DNA of 64,000 nt from an uncultured Bacteroidales bacterium (GCA_945939695.1 CAMEWE010000002.1:42880-106879), one strand, 5' to 3'. Counted from the first letter of the stretch, positions 26,612-36,067 are shown. Notes: generated by a model from the sequence alone, not told the origin. Numbers and translations are program-made.

Positions 26612-29482
26612 ATGGCACAGGAGGACAAAATTAAACAGATCCTGGAAGGACTCCACAAAAAGGAGAATGGCACGACAGTCCCTCAGAAGACTGCTGCAAC
26701 CCCTCAAAAGACTGCTGTGGCCCCTCAGAAGACTGCTGTAGCCCCTCAGAAGACCGATGCGGGACCGGGTGCCGTGTCCAAAGGCTCCTCCGATGTGAAA
26801 TGTGCCTATAGCGAAGGCGCCAAAATCAGCGCCGGCAGCAGGGACTGCATCGTGGAGAAAGTCATAGGCAGCGGATCGGAAGGCGAACTCTATGTTGTGT
26901 CGGCTTCAGGCAGGCGCTATGCCCTGAAGCTTTATCGCAAGGGGCATCAGCCGAATTTCAAAGTGCTACCGTTTCTGGATAAGCTTGCCGGGAAAGGTTA
27001 CCTCGTGGATACTGTCGACTACGGCCCCGACTATGAACTTCTGGAATATTTTCCTGAGGGCAATGCCGCAGCTGCCGGATTGAAGGGTAACGCGCAGGCC
27101 ATACTTGCCATCGCTCTCAAGACCGCAATGGCTCTGGACAAGCTGCACAAGGAGGGCATACTGCATAAGGATGTCAAGCCTGCAAATATACTCATAAAAG
27201 ACAGGGACAGTTGGGACACTGTCCTGTGCGACTTCGGAATTGCAGACATTATGGATGCTCAGGGGAAGTGCGCCACAACCCAGGTGCGTACTCCCATATA
27301 TGCCGCTCCGGAAGTGTATTCGGACACTGTGACCATTTCGGGGGTAAGCTATACTGAACTGAGCGCCAAGGCTGACTTCTATTCCCTTGGTATGACCATA
27401 CTCTCGCTATGGGCAGGGGAAAGCGCTTTCCTTGCAAAAGAGCACCAGATGGCTATTGACAAGGTAAAGGGTAGGATTGCCGTGCCTTCCGATATGCCGG
27501 ACCCCCTGGCGAGGATATGCCGCGGACTGCTAATCAGGAACCCGGCCAAACGCTGGGACTGGGAGGAAATCGAGAAGACGGTAAACGGCCGGGATGTGCC
27601 GGTGGAGGAAGATGAACTGCTGGAGGATCTCAATATCACCTTCAGTGCTTCCAAACACCTGTTCGCCAATACCCCTGAGGAACTTGTCGGATGTATGGTT
27701 CAGGAACCTGAACTGGCAAGGAAGTATCTCTACCGCGGCACTGTGGAGAAGTGGTTGAGACCCTATCCTGAACTTGCCCTTGAGATTCAGGACATAGTGG
27801 AGAAACGCTATCCGAAAGACCAGGATACAGGACTTATGGCAGCGATTTACCTGTTGGATCCGACTGTCCCCCTGCGGCTCTCCGGCAGTTTGCGAAAGGA
27901 CGGAAAGGCCGTCTGCCGTGATGCCGTGACCCTGAAGGACGTGGGCAATTTTTTCAACGACAGCTTACCGGATCCGGACACCGTCAATCTTTTGAATTCT
28001 GACACTTTTGTGGAATGGGTCCGTTCCAGAAGTGCGGATGTGGCTGCCAAACTGCCTGCCACAAAAGCCTGCTATCCGACATATATGCTTCGCGTGCAGA
28101 CTGTGGACCCTATGTCGGACATAAATCTCATCAACGACAGCTCGGACCCGCTGTACGCTATGACTCAGCAGGGCATTGGCCTTGTACTCAATGAGATATA
28201 CAATATTTTCTGGGGTAGGTACAGGGGCAATCTGGATACGCTGATCAGCGATTGGCCCAAGAAAGCCAACGCGCCGCTGAACAGGCGCATACCCCTGAGT
28301 ACAATCAGCAATGTGGTGATGGGCCTTTATTATCCTGATGAATTCTGCTACCTTAAGACTTTCTTCAAGCTGAAAGGCGGCCGTTTCACCAAGCAGCTCA
28401 GCTGGTACGAGCACTGCGTGGACTATCACAGCTCCGACAATAAGAAGAAAGCCGGTCCCAAGGATGAGCGCTACCTCGTTCAGTGTGCCTGGATGAGGAT
28501 AGTCAAGGGATTCGGTCGCACTCCGGAATACAACTTCCCGGGGAGTGGAATCAGCATAAGGGACAGGAAGGATCTTGCAGCGATAGGCAAGGATGAGTTG
28601 CAAGGCGAATATGTGAAGGGCGGTCTGGTCGGTTGGCTTGCCGTGCAGTACCACGAGGACCCTTTCGCAGACCTTTCTGCCAAGTATAGCTATGAGCGTC
28701 TTCTAGAGAGCTATCTCGAGGAAATCAGACTGATTGATGCGAAACTTGAACCCGTGAAGCGTTTTGACCTTGCTAAGAAAAAGGCTGCTGCCGCGCTGGC
28801 GGGAGGAAAAGCCAGAATCAATGGCCTGAACATCAGGACAGCCCTGCAATGGCTGTGTCTGTTCGTCCTCGCCATGGTTCCTTGTTTGATTCTGCTCACT
28901 ATGCTGGTATGCTCCATCATCGAGCATCCGACCTTGGATGTGTCCGGTCTGCGCCTTGAATCCTTCTTCTGGCCTGTGGGTCTGGTGGTTTCCGTAATTA
29001 TATTCTTTGCCAGCGATTCGGACGGCTGCCTCATTCCCATCATCGGAGGTGCCGTTTCTGCTGTTGCAGTTTTTTTCCTGATCAGGATTTTGGGTGCATA
29101 TGTACTCTATATCTTTGCCGCAGTCGTGCTTGCTGTGCTCGGAATGCTTGTATTCTATGCTGTCAAATTTCTAAAGAGCGGCAATGCAGCCGTTGCGCGC
29201 AGGTTCTCCAAGCCGGGGTTTGAGGAAAACGTGTTGGAACCACTCTACTTTGCCTTCAGCGATGAGACCGATTTCGATTCCTCACTCAACGGGGCTTTCA
29301 ACGACAGTGAGCTTCTCAGCTGGAAGCTGGAGCTTAAGAGCAGGCGGAAGTTCATAATCTCATTCGTGGTCGTGGTCTGGATCCTGATGGGGCTCAGTAT
29401 GTTGATTCCGGGCAGCAGCCGATTCGACAATATGGCCAGGCCATTGCTGGAAAAAGTAATGCCGGCAGAGAAGCAGGAATAA
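26612..29482 (+). CDS. Hanks-type Ser/Thr protein kinase with C-terminal multi-pass membrane domain
   Basis: GSGSEG, ALK, HKDVKPAN, DFG, YAAPE, ADFYSLG. About five hydrophobic helices near the C-terminus. Confidence 0.92.
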   Translation: MAQEDKIKQILEGLHKKENGTTVPQKTAATPQKTAVAPQKTAVAPQKTDAGPGAVSKGSSDVKCAYSEGAKISAGSRDCIVEKVIGSGSEGELYVVSASGRRYALKLYRKGHQPNFKVLPFLDKLAGKGYLVDTVDYGPDYELLEYFPEGNAAAAGLKGNAQAILAIALKTAMALDKLHKEGILHKDVKPANILIKDRDSWDTVLCDFGIADIMDAQGKCATTQVRTPIYAAPEVYSDTVTISGVSYTELSAKADFYSLGMTILSLWAGESAFLAKEHQMAIDKVKGRIAVPSDMPDPLARICRGLLIRNPAKRWDWEEIEKTVNGRDVPVEEDELLEDLNITFSASKHLFANTPEELVGCMVQEPELARKYLYRGTVEKWLRPYPELALEIQDIVEKRYPKDQDTGLMAAIYLLDPTVPLRLSGSLRKDGKAVCRDAVTLKDVGNFFNDSLPDPDTVNLLNSDTFVEWVRSRSADVAAKLPATKACYPTYMLRVQTVDPMSDINLINDSSDPLYAMTQQGIGLVLNEIYNIFWGRYRGNLDTLISDWPKKANAPLNRRIPLSTISNVVMGLYYPDEFCYLKTFFKLKGGRFTKQLSWYEHCVDYHSSDNKKKAGPKDERYLVQCAWMRIVKGFGRTPEYNFPGSGISIRDRKDLAAIGKDELQGEYVKGGLVGWLAVQYHEDPFADLSAKYSYERLLESYLEEIRLIDAKLEPVKRFDLAKKKAAAALAGGKARINGLNIRTALQWLCLFVLAMVPCLILLTMLVCSIIEHPTLDVSGLRLESFFWPVGLVVSVIIFFASDSDGCLIPIIGGAVSAVAVFFLIRILGAYVLYIFAAVVLAVLGMLVFYAVKFLKSGNAAVARRFSKPGFEENVLEPLYFAFSDETDFDSSLNGAFNDSELLSWKLELKSRRKFIISFVVVVWILMGLSMLIPGSSRFDNMARPLLEKVMPAEKQE
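26681..26764 (+). repeat. Four tandem 21-bp coding repeats (PQKTAAT/PQKTAVA/PQKTAVA/PQKTDAG)
   Basis: Units CCTCA(G/A)AAGAC... start at 26681, 26702, 26723 and 26744. Confidence 0.95.
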
Positions 29483-29528
29483 CGCTTTTGATTAAAACAA
29501 TCATTTACTTGAGAAACCTGAGATAGAT

Positions 29529-32500
29529 ATGGTTTGCAATAAATGCGGAAAGGATAACAGGAAGGAGGCGAAGTACTGTCGATTCTGCGGAACTGAGTTC
29601 TCCCGGGCTTCTGTCCCTGGAGAGCTTATCTGCAAGGCAGGGATACTCCCTGAGCTGGAAAAGCTGGAAGATAAACTGAAGGTTGCGGGAATAATAGCCG
29701 AAGGAGGAGCCCGAATAGGTATGGACTGCCTGATATTGGGTGATTCCGGCAGCGGCAAGAACTTCATCGCCAATATGATCGCAGACAAAATGCTATCTTC
29801 AGGGGTGGTGAAGAAGAAGCCGATGGCAGTGGATGCCTCGGATTGGGATAAATTCTCTTCTGACTTCGACAAGAACATTTCGTCCATCAAGGACGGGATA
29901 CTGCTCATTACCAATGCCCATAAACTCCTTCCGACGTCCAAAGCCTCCAACGTCAACCAGCTTGACAGGCTCTTCAACAGGATGCGCAGTACCGAAGGTG
30001 CTCCGGTAGTGCTGCTCTGCGGGCTTCTGAACGAGCTTTCCGTGTTCATGGAGTACAACAAGGACGTGCGGCGGCTCTTCGAATTCGAGTTCTCCCTGGA
30101 AGCCTTCGACATAAGCGGTCTGAGCGAACTGGCAATGACAATCTTCAGGGAAAGGTATGGAGCAGGCGTGGCCGAGGGGGTGGAAGAATGTCTGAGAAGC
30201 CATTTTTCATGGTATATGCGCCAGGCCGACCTGGGCTACACCAACGGGCATCTTGCCGAGAAGGTCGCGGAGGACATATATGTGAAGGCGGCTCTGCGCG
30301 GCAGCAGGATCATTGAAACGCAGGACATAGACCCTGACAGGTGCTTTGTACCCAAAAGTGAGGAAGATATTCTTGCCGACCTGGACGGATATGTCGGTCT
30401 TCAAAGTGTCAAGGACGAAATCAGGGCAATCATACGCAATGTCAAGAAACGCAAGGAGAAGGGTGTCAAATCCAAACTGCTTTGCGACCACTATATCTTC
30501 ACCGGCAATCCAGGCACGGGCAAAACCACTTTTGCACGCAAGTTCGGGGAAGTCCTCAATGCCATTGGCGCCCTGCCTACGGGACAGTTCGTGGAGATTT
30601 CAGGCAAAGATTTCATAGGCCGCTTTCAGGGCGATTCCGAAGCCAATGTGAAGAATTACGTTGCCAAGGCAATGGGCGGCGTGCTCTTCATCGACGAGGC
30701 CTACGCTCTTTCGGGCAGCGGGGACGGAAAGGGAGGATACGGAATGGATGCGGTCAATACCCTGCTCAACCTTCTTGAAAACCGCAAGGGGGATTTTGTC
30801 TGCATTATGGCGGGTTACACCAGGGAAATGGGGAATTTCGTCCGCATGAATCCGGGCATCCCTTCCCGTTGCAATGTCACTATAGAATTCCCCGACTACA
30901 ACGCCAGGGAACTGGAGCAGATATTCCGCAGACTGCTCGCAAACAATAATGAGAACACGGTTTTCACCCTTGATGATGAGGCCGGGAAGATGCTTCCGAA
31001 GATATTCGACAGGATGTACCTCAAGCGCGGGGATACTTTCGGCAACGCCCGTGAGGTCAGGAATCTCTTCGATCTGGCTGTGAAGCGCTTGCGTCTGCGA
31101 GAAGCTGCAGATGACACTTTGAGCTACGCGGATCTGGTGGGTGAGGATGCTACGGAGGACATAGCTGTCGAGGCAATAATGAAGGAACTTGACGGATTCG
31201 TAGGAATGCAGGGAGTCAAGAAGGCGGTACGGCTCATAGTGGAGGAGGCTGCGGTGCAGAAGAAACTGGTTGAGCTGGGCGATGCCGAGGAAGGACTGAC
31301 AAGATTCAACATCATCCTGACAGGAAATCCCGGCACGGGAAAGACCAGTGTGGCGCGTACCTTCGGCAGAATATTCAAGGCTCTGGGAGTGACTGCGACA
31401 GACCGGGTGACAGAAAAGGTCCCGGACAATATCATAAGCAAGTACGTGAACGAGTCGGCGCAGAATATGGATGCCGCCGTCAACGAAGCGATGGGAGGCG
31501 TACTCTTCCTGGATGAGGCATATGACCTCAACCCTATGGATCCGGCAGGGCAGAGCAAGAACAAGGAGGGCGAAAATGCTGTGCGGACGCTGATGACGCG
31601 TATGGAGAACGATGCGGGAAAGTTCGTGGCGATACTCGCTGGTTATCCTAAGGAAATGGAAGATTTCCTGAACTCCAACAAGGGCTTGAAGCGGCGTTTC
31701 AGCCATTTCATACATATTGAAGACTATACGGCCGAGGAATTGCTGGAGATATACGAGCGTGCGGCAAAGGCAAAGAAAAACAATTTCACCCTTGCGGACG
31801 AGCAGGTCAGGATGAAGGCACTGAATATGTTCCGCAATATGGTGGCGATGAAGGACGACAAGTTCGGAAACGCCGGCGAAGCCATGAAGATGGTGGCGCA
31901 GACCAAAACCAATATCTACAAAAGGCTGGCTGCCGTTCCGCCAGAGCAATGGACCCCTGAGATGGCGCATACAGCCTATCTGGAGGACATTCCGTACGTG
32001 GAGCCTAAGAAGCTCTCGATAGACGGATGTCTCGCAGAGCTCAATGCGCTTGTAGGTCTTGATGGCGTGAAAAAGTCCCTGACAAAACTGGCGCACACTA
32101 TCAATAACGAAATAGAGAGCGCCAGGCTGGAGCAGCGCCGTCCGGAGATACCTTTAGGACACTACCTCTTCCTTGGAAACCCAGGCACAGGAAAGACTAC
32201 GGTAGCCCGACTTATGGGGAAGATACTGTACTCAATGGGAGCCTTGCCTTCTCCTAAGGTGGTTGAGGTGGGGAAGTCTGACCTTGTGGGGCGATACTTG
32301 GGTGATACAGAAGCAATTACCACCCATGTGATCAACTCCGCGATGGGCGGAATACTCTTCATCGACGAGGCCTACCAGCTCTCTGCGGACCAGTATGGAA
32401 AGACTGTGCTCGAGATTCTTGTGCCGAGGTTGGAGAATGACAGGGGTAAATTCGTGTGCATAGCTGCCGGCTACAGCTACGAAATGCAGGCTTTTCTGCA

Positions 32501-32819
32501 GGCAAACAGCGGATTCGAGTCCCGGTTCCCGGAGCGCAATCGCATTGTGTTTGAGGACTATACGCCCGATGAGCTCTACAGTATCTTCAAAATGCGCGCC
32601 GACAAGGAAGGGTACAAACTCGACCCTATGGCAGAGAATGCGGTCAGAGGCAGGCTTACGATGATGTATAACAAGCGTGGCCGCAGTTTCGGTAACGGAC
32701 GCGACGCACGCAACCTCTTCGACGAGGTGAAGTCCAACCTCGCCGCACGCCTCGCTGAGGAAGTCGGGAGCGTGACCCCGGAACAGCGTAAAACCATAAT
32801 GATGGAGGATGTGCTATGA
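29529..32819 (+). CDS. Tandem four-module AAA+ ATPase of the SpoVK/CbbX/EccA type with N-terminal zinc ribbon
   Basis: CNKC...CRFC at the N-terminus. Walker A at 29739 (GDSGSGKN), 30504, 31323 and 32175 (GNPGTGKT). Three LF(I/L)DEAY Walker B motifs and AGY...SRF/RRF-type signatures. Confidence 0.92.
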   Translation: MVCNKCGKDNRKEAKYCRFCGTEFSRASVPGELICKAGILPELEKLEDKLKVAGIIAEGGARIGMDCLILGDSGSGKNFIANMIADKMLSSGVVKKKPMAVDASDWDKFSSDFDKNISSIKDGILLITNAHKLLPTSKASNVNQLDRLFNRMRSTEGAPVVLLCGLLNELSVFMEYNKDVRRLFEFEFSLEAFDISGLSELAMTIFRERYGAGVAEGVEECLRSHFSWYMRQADLGYTNGHLAEKVAEDIYVKAALRGSRIIETQDIDPDRCFVPKSEEDILADLDGYVGLQSVKDEIRAIIRNVKKRKEKGVKSKLLCDHYIFTGNPGTGKTTFARKFGEVLNAIGALPTGQFVEISGKDFIGRFQGDSEANVKNYVAKAMGGVLFIDEAYALSGSGDGKGGYGMDAVNTLLNLLENRKGDFVCIMAGYTREMGNFVRMNPGIPSRCNVTIEFPDYNARELEQIFRRLLANNNENTVFTLDDEAGKMLPKIFDRMYLKRGDTFGNAREVRNLFDLAVKRLRLREAADDTLSYADLVGEDATEDIAVEAIMKELDGFVGMQGVKKAVRLIVEEAAVQKKLVELGDAEEGLTRFNIILTGNPGTGKTSVARTFGRIFKALGVTATDRVTEKVPDNIISKYVNESAQNMDAAVNEAMGGVLFLDEAYDLNPMDPAGQSKNKEGENAVRTLMTRMENDAGKFVAILAGYPKEMEDFLNSNKGLKRRFSHFIHIEDYTAEELLEIYERAAKAKKNNFTLADEQVRMKALNMFRNMVAMKDDKFGNAGEAMKMVAQTKTNIYKRLAAVPPEQWTPEMAHTAYLEDIPYVEPKKLSIDGCLAELNALVGLDGVKKSLTKLAHTINNEIESARLEQRRPEIPLGHYLFLGNPGTGKTTVARLMGKILYSMGALPSPKVVEVGKSDLVGRYLGDTEAITTHVINSAMGGILFIDEAYQLSADQYGKTVLEILVPRLENDRGKFVCIAAGYSYEMQAFLQANSGFESRFPERNRIVFEDYTPDELYSIFKMRADKEGYKLDPMAENAVRGRLTMMYNKRGRSFGNGRDARNLFDEVKSNLAARLAEEVGSVTPEQRKTIMMEDVL

Positions 32820-33259
32820 TACAGTGTCCCGATTGCAGAGCTATGATTCCTGACGACAGCGCATTTTGCGACCAGTGCGGCAGGGAGTTGAAATGGTGCC
32901 CGGAGTGCAAACGTCCGAAACGGGGACTTGAGTGCCCGGTGTGCGGCAGTGATCTTGTCACCGGGCGCAAGTACCTTGGCGGCACGCCGCCGCAGGCCTC
33001 GGAACTGGTCGGAAACGGCTGGAGGCTCGTCCTGAAACCCGGGGAATTCGGCCGGAGCGGAGGAATGTGGCCTGAACTGGGCAGCTGCCCCTATGTCTCG
33101 GGGCGCCACGGTTCCGTGGAAAAGGACGCGGACGGCTGGACCATAATTGATAATAAATCCACCAACGGCACTTTTGTCAACGGGCAGCGTATCAGCAGAG
33201 CCAAGTTGAAAAAAGGTGACCGCGTTACTATTGCAACCCTTGATTTTGTAGTGGAATGA
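32816..33259 (+). CDS. Double-zinc-ribbon plus FHA domain protein
   Basis: Four CxxC motifs, then FGR, SGRH and STNGTFVNG (FHA pThr-binding motifs). Confidence 0.9.
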   Translation: MIQCPDCRAMIPDDSAFCDQCGRELKWCPECKRPKRGLECPVCGSDLVTGRKYLGGTPPQASELVGNGWRLVLKPGEFGRSGGMWPELGSCPYVSGRHGSVEKDADGWTIIDNKSTNGTFVNGQRISRAKLKKGDRVTIATLDFVVE

Positions 33260-33996
33260 AACTGGATATTCAGGCAATATGCCACAAAGGCCTCGTGCGT
33301 GAGAACAATGAGGATGCGCTCTCCATCGGAGGACTGCTGCTGCGCGACGATTCCACAACGCTCACGGTCAGCACCCCGGAGGACGGTTTCTTCTACCTGC
33401 TCGTCTCCGACGGTATGGGCGGACACGAGGATGGGGAAGAGGCGAGCCGCTTCGCCCTGGATGAGATAAAGGAGCAGCTCGTGTTGCATCAGATTTCCCC
33501 GGAACGCTTCGAGGATGAGCTGAGGGAGGCTGCCTCCTACATATCCTTCAAGCTGAACAGCGCTGCGGCTCAGCGAGGTCAGAGCAGGCCTATGGGCTGC
33601 ACTCTTACGGGGGTGATATGGCATTACGGGCACATATGGCTCATCAATGCCGGAGACAGCCGCAGCTATCGCTTCAGGGAGGGAGTGCTGCGCCAACTCA
33701 CTACGGATGACAACGAGCGTGGGCTTACAGGAAACCCGGAGGCCGGAAAACTGCTGCTGAACTGCCTTGGAGGGGGCTGTGAGGGCCGTTTGCAGGTGCA
33801 GAGCCTGGACGGGAAACTCCTGGAAGGGGACGCGCTTCTGATCTGCTCCGACGGCCTGAGCGATATGCTCTCAGACGAGGAAATCGAAGAGGCCCTTTGC
33901 GGCGGGGACTGCAGTGCAGAAAGCCTCTTCCGCAGTGCGTGCGAAAGAGGCGGTACTGATAACATCTCCGTAATCCTTGCGAGAATTGCGGGCTGA
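33256..33996 (+). CDS. PP2C/PPM family Ser/Thr phosphatase
   Basis: RENNED, SDGMGG, NAGDSR, CSDGL, GTDNIS. Confidence 0.93.
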   Translation: MKLDIQAICHKGLVRENNEDALSIGGLLLRDDSTTLTVSTPEDGFFYLLVSDGMGGHEDGEEASRFALDEIKEQLVLHQISPERFEDELREAASYISFKLNSAAAQRGQSRPMGCTLTGVIWHYGHIWLINAGDSRSYRFREGVLRQLTTDDNERGLTGNPEAGKLLLNCLGGGCEGRLQVQSLDGKLLEGDALLICSDGLSDMLSDEEIEEALCGGDCSAESLFRSACERGGTDNISVILARIAG

Positions 33997-34010
33997 TGAA
34001 TTATTGCTGA

Positions 34011-36008
34011 CTATCTGATCGAATATTCCTTTCCGTATTTGAGCATCTGCCCGAGGAAACTGTCGGCATACTCGAGCTTGTAGTCCACCACCTTGCCCTT
34101 CTTGACCACAGGCACGATGTCCGGGTTCACGAAACCTCCGTATGGCTTGAGCTGAAGAGCAGCATATCTTTCCAGCACCTCCTTGTGCAGTTCAGGGTCA
34201 ATGTTGACTGCGTATGTCTCCACAAGGCGTTTCCCGGCCTCATAGTCGCCCTCGCTCTTGATGCGCTGCACTTCAGCCAGCAGCCTGGCGAACAGTCCCC
34301 TCAGGGCTTCGAAGTCATTGACCACGAAATAGGTCTTGCCGTCGCGCACTTTCTTTTCTATGACCTTGTCTGCCCTGCCCTGCTCGTAGCACCACTCGGC
34401 TATGAGCTTGCGGTTCTGCATATGGGCTTCGGTGTTCTTCGCTCCGAGTTCGACGCGGGTGAACTGGGTGAAGAGTCCGTTGCGTATGTATGAGGCATAT
34501 TCGGCCTTGTATGCATCCTTGTCAGGCATTATGCCCAATTCGACCAGTTTCGGGTCTGCCGCATAGTAGAGGCCGAAGAGATCCGCCCGCGTCTCCTCGA
34601 GGGTGGAGGAATACTCTCCCATTGCCGTGGTAGCCACGCCCGGAAGCAGCTGGCCGGAACCGTGACCTAGACATTCGTGGAGATCGGTGTGGATTTCGCT
34701 TGCATAGGAACCGAACTTTCTCTCGAGTTCCTTCTCCTTCTCGTCCCAGGCGAACTCGTCGAGCATATTCTTCGGCGACTCGTTGGCGGCGTAGTCGTAT
34801 GCGTGGGTGATGTTGGCTATGGTCACCGATTTGCTGCCGTATTCCTTCCTGATCCAGTCGGCATTAGGGAGATTGATGCCTATAGGCGTTGCAGGGTATG
34901 CATCTCCGGATATGCAGGCCACATTGATGACCTTTGCGGACACGCCCTTGACTTCGGACTTCCTGAATCTCGGGTCCACAGGGGAGTTGTCCTCAAACCA
35001 CTGTGCGTTCGCGGAGAGGATTTCGCTCCGCTCCGATGCCTTGTGGTCTTTTATGTTGACGTTGGCCTCCCAGGCACCCTTGCGCCCAAGCGGGTCGTTG
35101 TAGTCCTCCACGAACCCGTTCACGAAGTCTATCGTGCCGTCCAACTCCTTGACCCACTTGATGTTGTACTCGTCCCATTTGCGCAGGTCGCCAGTCCTGT
35201 AATACTCCACAAGGGTTGCGATGTACTCGCGTTGCGCGTCATTCTCCGCCACTGCTGCAGCCTTTTCGAGTTCCTCGCAAATCTTGCTCAACTCCCTGGA
35301 ATAGATGCCGCCCACGCACCACGGCAGCTCTGTGACCTTGCCGTCTATCTTCACCACCTTGGTGTTGAGGCCGTAGGATATGGGATGCGGGTCGTTCCTG
35401 TCCTCTATGCCTGCATAGTAATCCTCGACTTCTTTCCTGCTGACCCCTTCGTAAAAGTTTACTGCCGAAAGACTTACAATGTCGCCCTCGCTGCTGGTAG
35501 AACGGCGCTGGAGCCCGTTCTCCCTGTCATAGACAAAGTCAAGTACCTGACTGTCGTATGAGTCCACCGCCTTCATCAGGCTTGCGAAGTACTCCCTGCT
35601 GCAGGCCGGAAAGAACTTGTCCTCGGCGTAGTGATGGTGCACTCCGTTGGAGAAGAAGACCCGCTTTGCATATACTTCAAAATCCTTGTACCCGGCGCAT
35701 TCCCTGTCTCCTGCGTACTCGCTGACTATTTTCTCCAGCACCCTCCTGAGCTCGAGGTTTCCGGCGCAGTTCTGGTCCCAGTAGATGTCGCGTCCCCATT
35801 TGGCCGCCTCGGCAAGGTGATATACATACTCCTTCTGCTGAAGGCTGAGCTCCTCCCATCCCGGGACGGTGTACCGAATCACCTTGATGTCTGCAAATTC
35901 ATCAAGAAGATACCTGAAGCCTTCCACCTTGTCGTTCTGAAGTGACGAACAAGATGCTGCAAGCGTTCCGATTCCAAGCATTGCGAAAAATTTTAGATGG
36001 CTGTTCAT
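34011..36008 (-). CDS. Dipeptidyl-peptidase III (peptidase M49), predicted lipoprotein
   Basis: HECLGH and EETRAD zinc motifs. Lipobox ASC. ATG at 36008; the ORF-track TTG at 36035 lies inside the promoter box TATATTTG (36033-36040, minus strand). Confidence 0.92.
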   Translation of the reverse strand: MNSHLKFFAMLGIGTLAASCSSLQNDKVEGFRYLLDEFADIKVIRYTVPGWEELSLQQKEYVYHLAEAAKWGRDIYWDQNCAGNLELRRVLEKIVSEYAGDRECAGYKDFEVYAKRVFFSNGVHHHYAEDKFFPACSREYFASLMKAVDSYDSQVLDFVYDRENGLQRRSTSSEGDIVSLSAVNFYEGVSRKEVEDYYAGIEDRNDPHPISYGLNTKVVKIDGKVTELPWCVGGIYSRELSKICEELEKAAAVAENDAQREYIATLVEYYRTGDLRKWDEYNIKWVKELDGTIDFVNGFVEDYNDPLGRKGAWEANVNIKDHKASERSEILSANAQWFEDNSPVDPRFRKSEVKGVSAKVINVACISGDAYPATPIGINLPNADWIRKEYGSKSVTIANITHAYDYAANESPKNMLDEFAWDEKEKELERKFGSYASEIHTDLHECLGHGSGQLLPGVATTAMGEYSSTLEETRADLFGLYYAADPKLVELGIMPDKDAYKAEYASYIRNGLFTQFTRVELGAKNTEAHMQNRKLIAEWCYEQGRADKVIEKKVRDGKTYFVVNDFEALRGLFARLLAEVQRIKSEGDYEAGKRLVETYAVNIDPELHKEVLERYAALQLKPYGGFVNPDIVPVVKKGKVVDYKLEYADSFLGQMLKYGKEYSIR

Positions 36009-36067
36009 TGTAATTTGAATTTCAATTTTACGCAAATATAGATATTAATTCCTTAAGTTCAGGAATA

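Noticed and set aside
26681-26764. 21-bp repeats as a CRISPR array
   Set aside because: The units are directly adjacent without spacers, in frame within a CDS, and there are no cas genes.
30600-32096. 498-aa minus-strand ORF, plus similar long antisense ORFs at 56832-58139, 43104-44270, 34677-35561 and 32576-33358
   Set aside because: They lie wholly opposite well-supported genes and show no recognisable motifs, as expected for shadow ORFs of codon-biased, GC-rich genes.
25688-33996. Operon as part of a T6SS or T7SS
   Set aside because: No Hcp, VgrG, sheath, baseplate, WXG100 or FtsK/EccC-like gene is in the window, and both flanks are unrelated genes.
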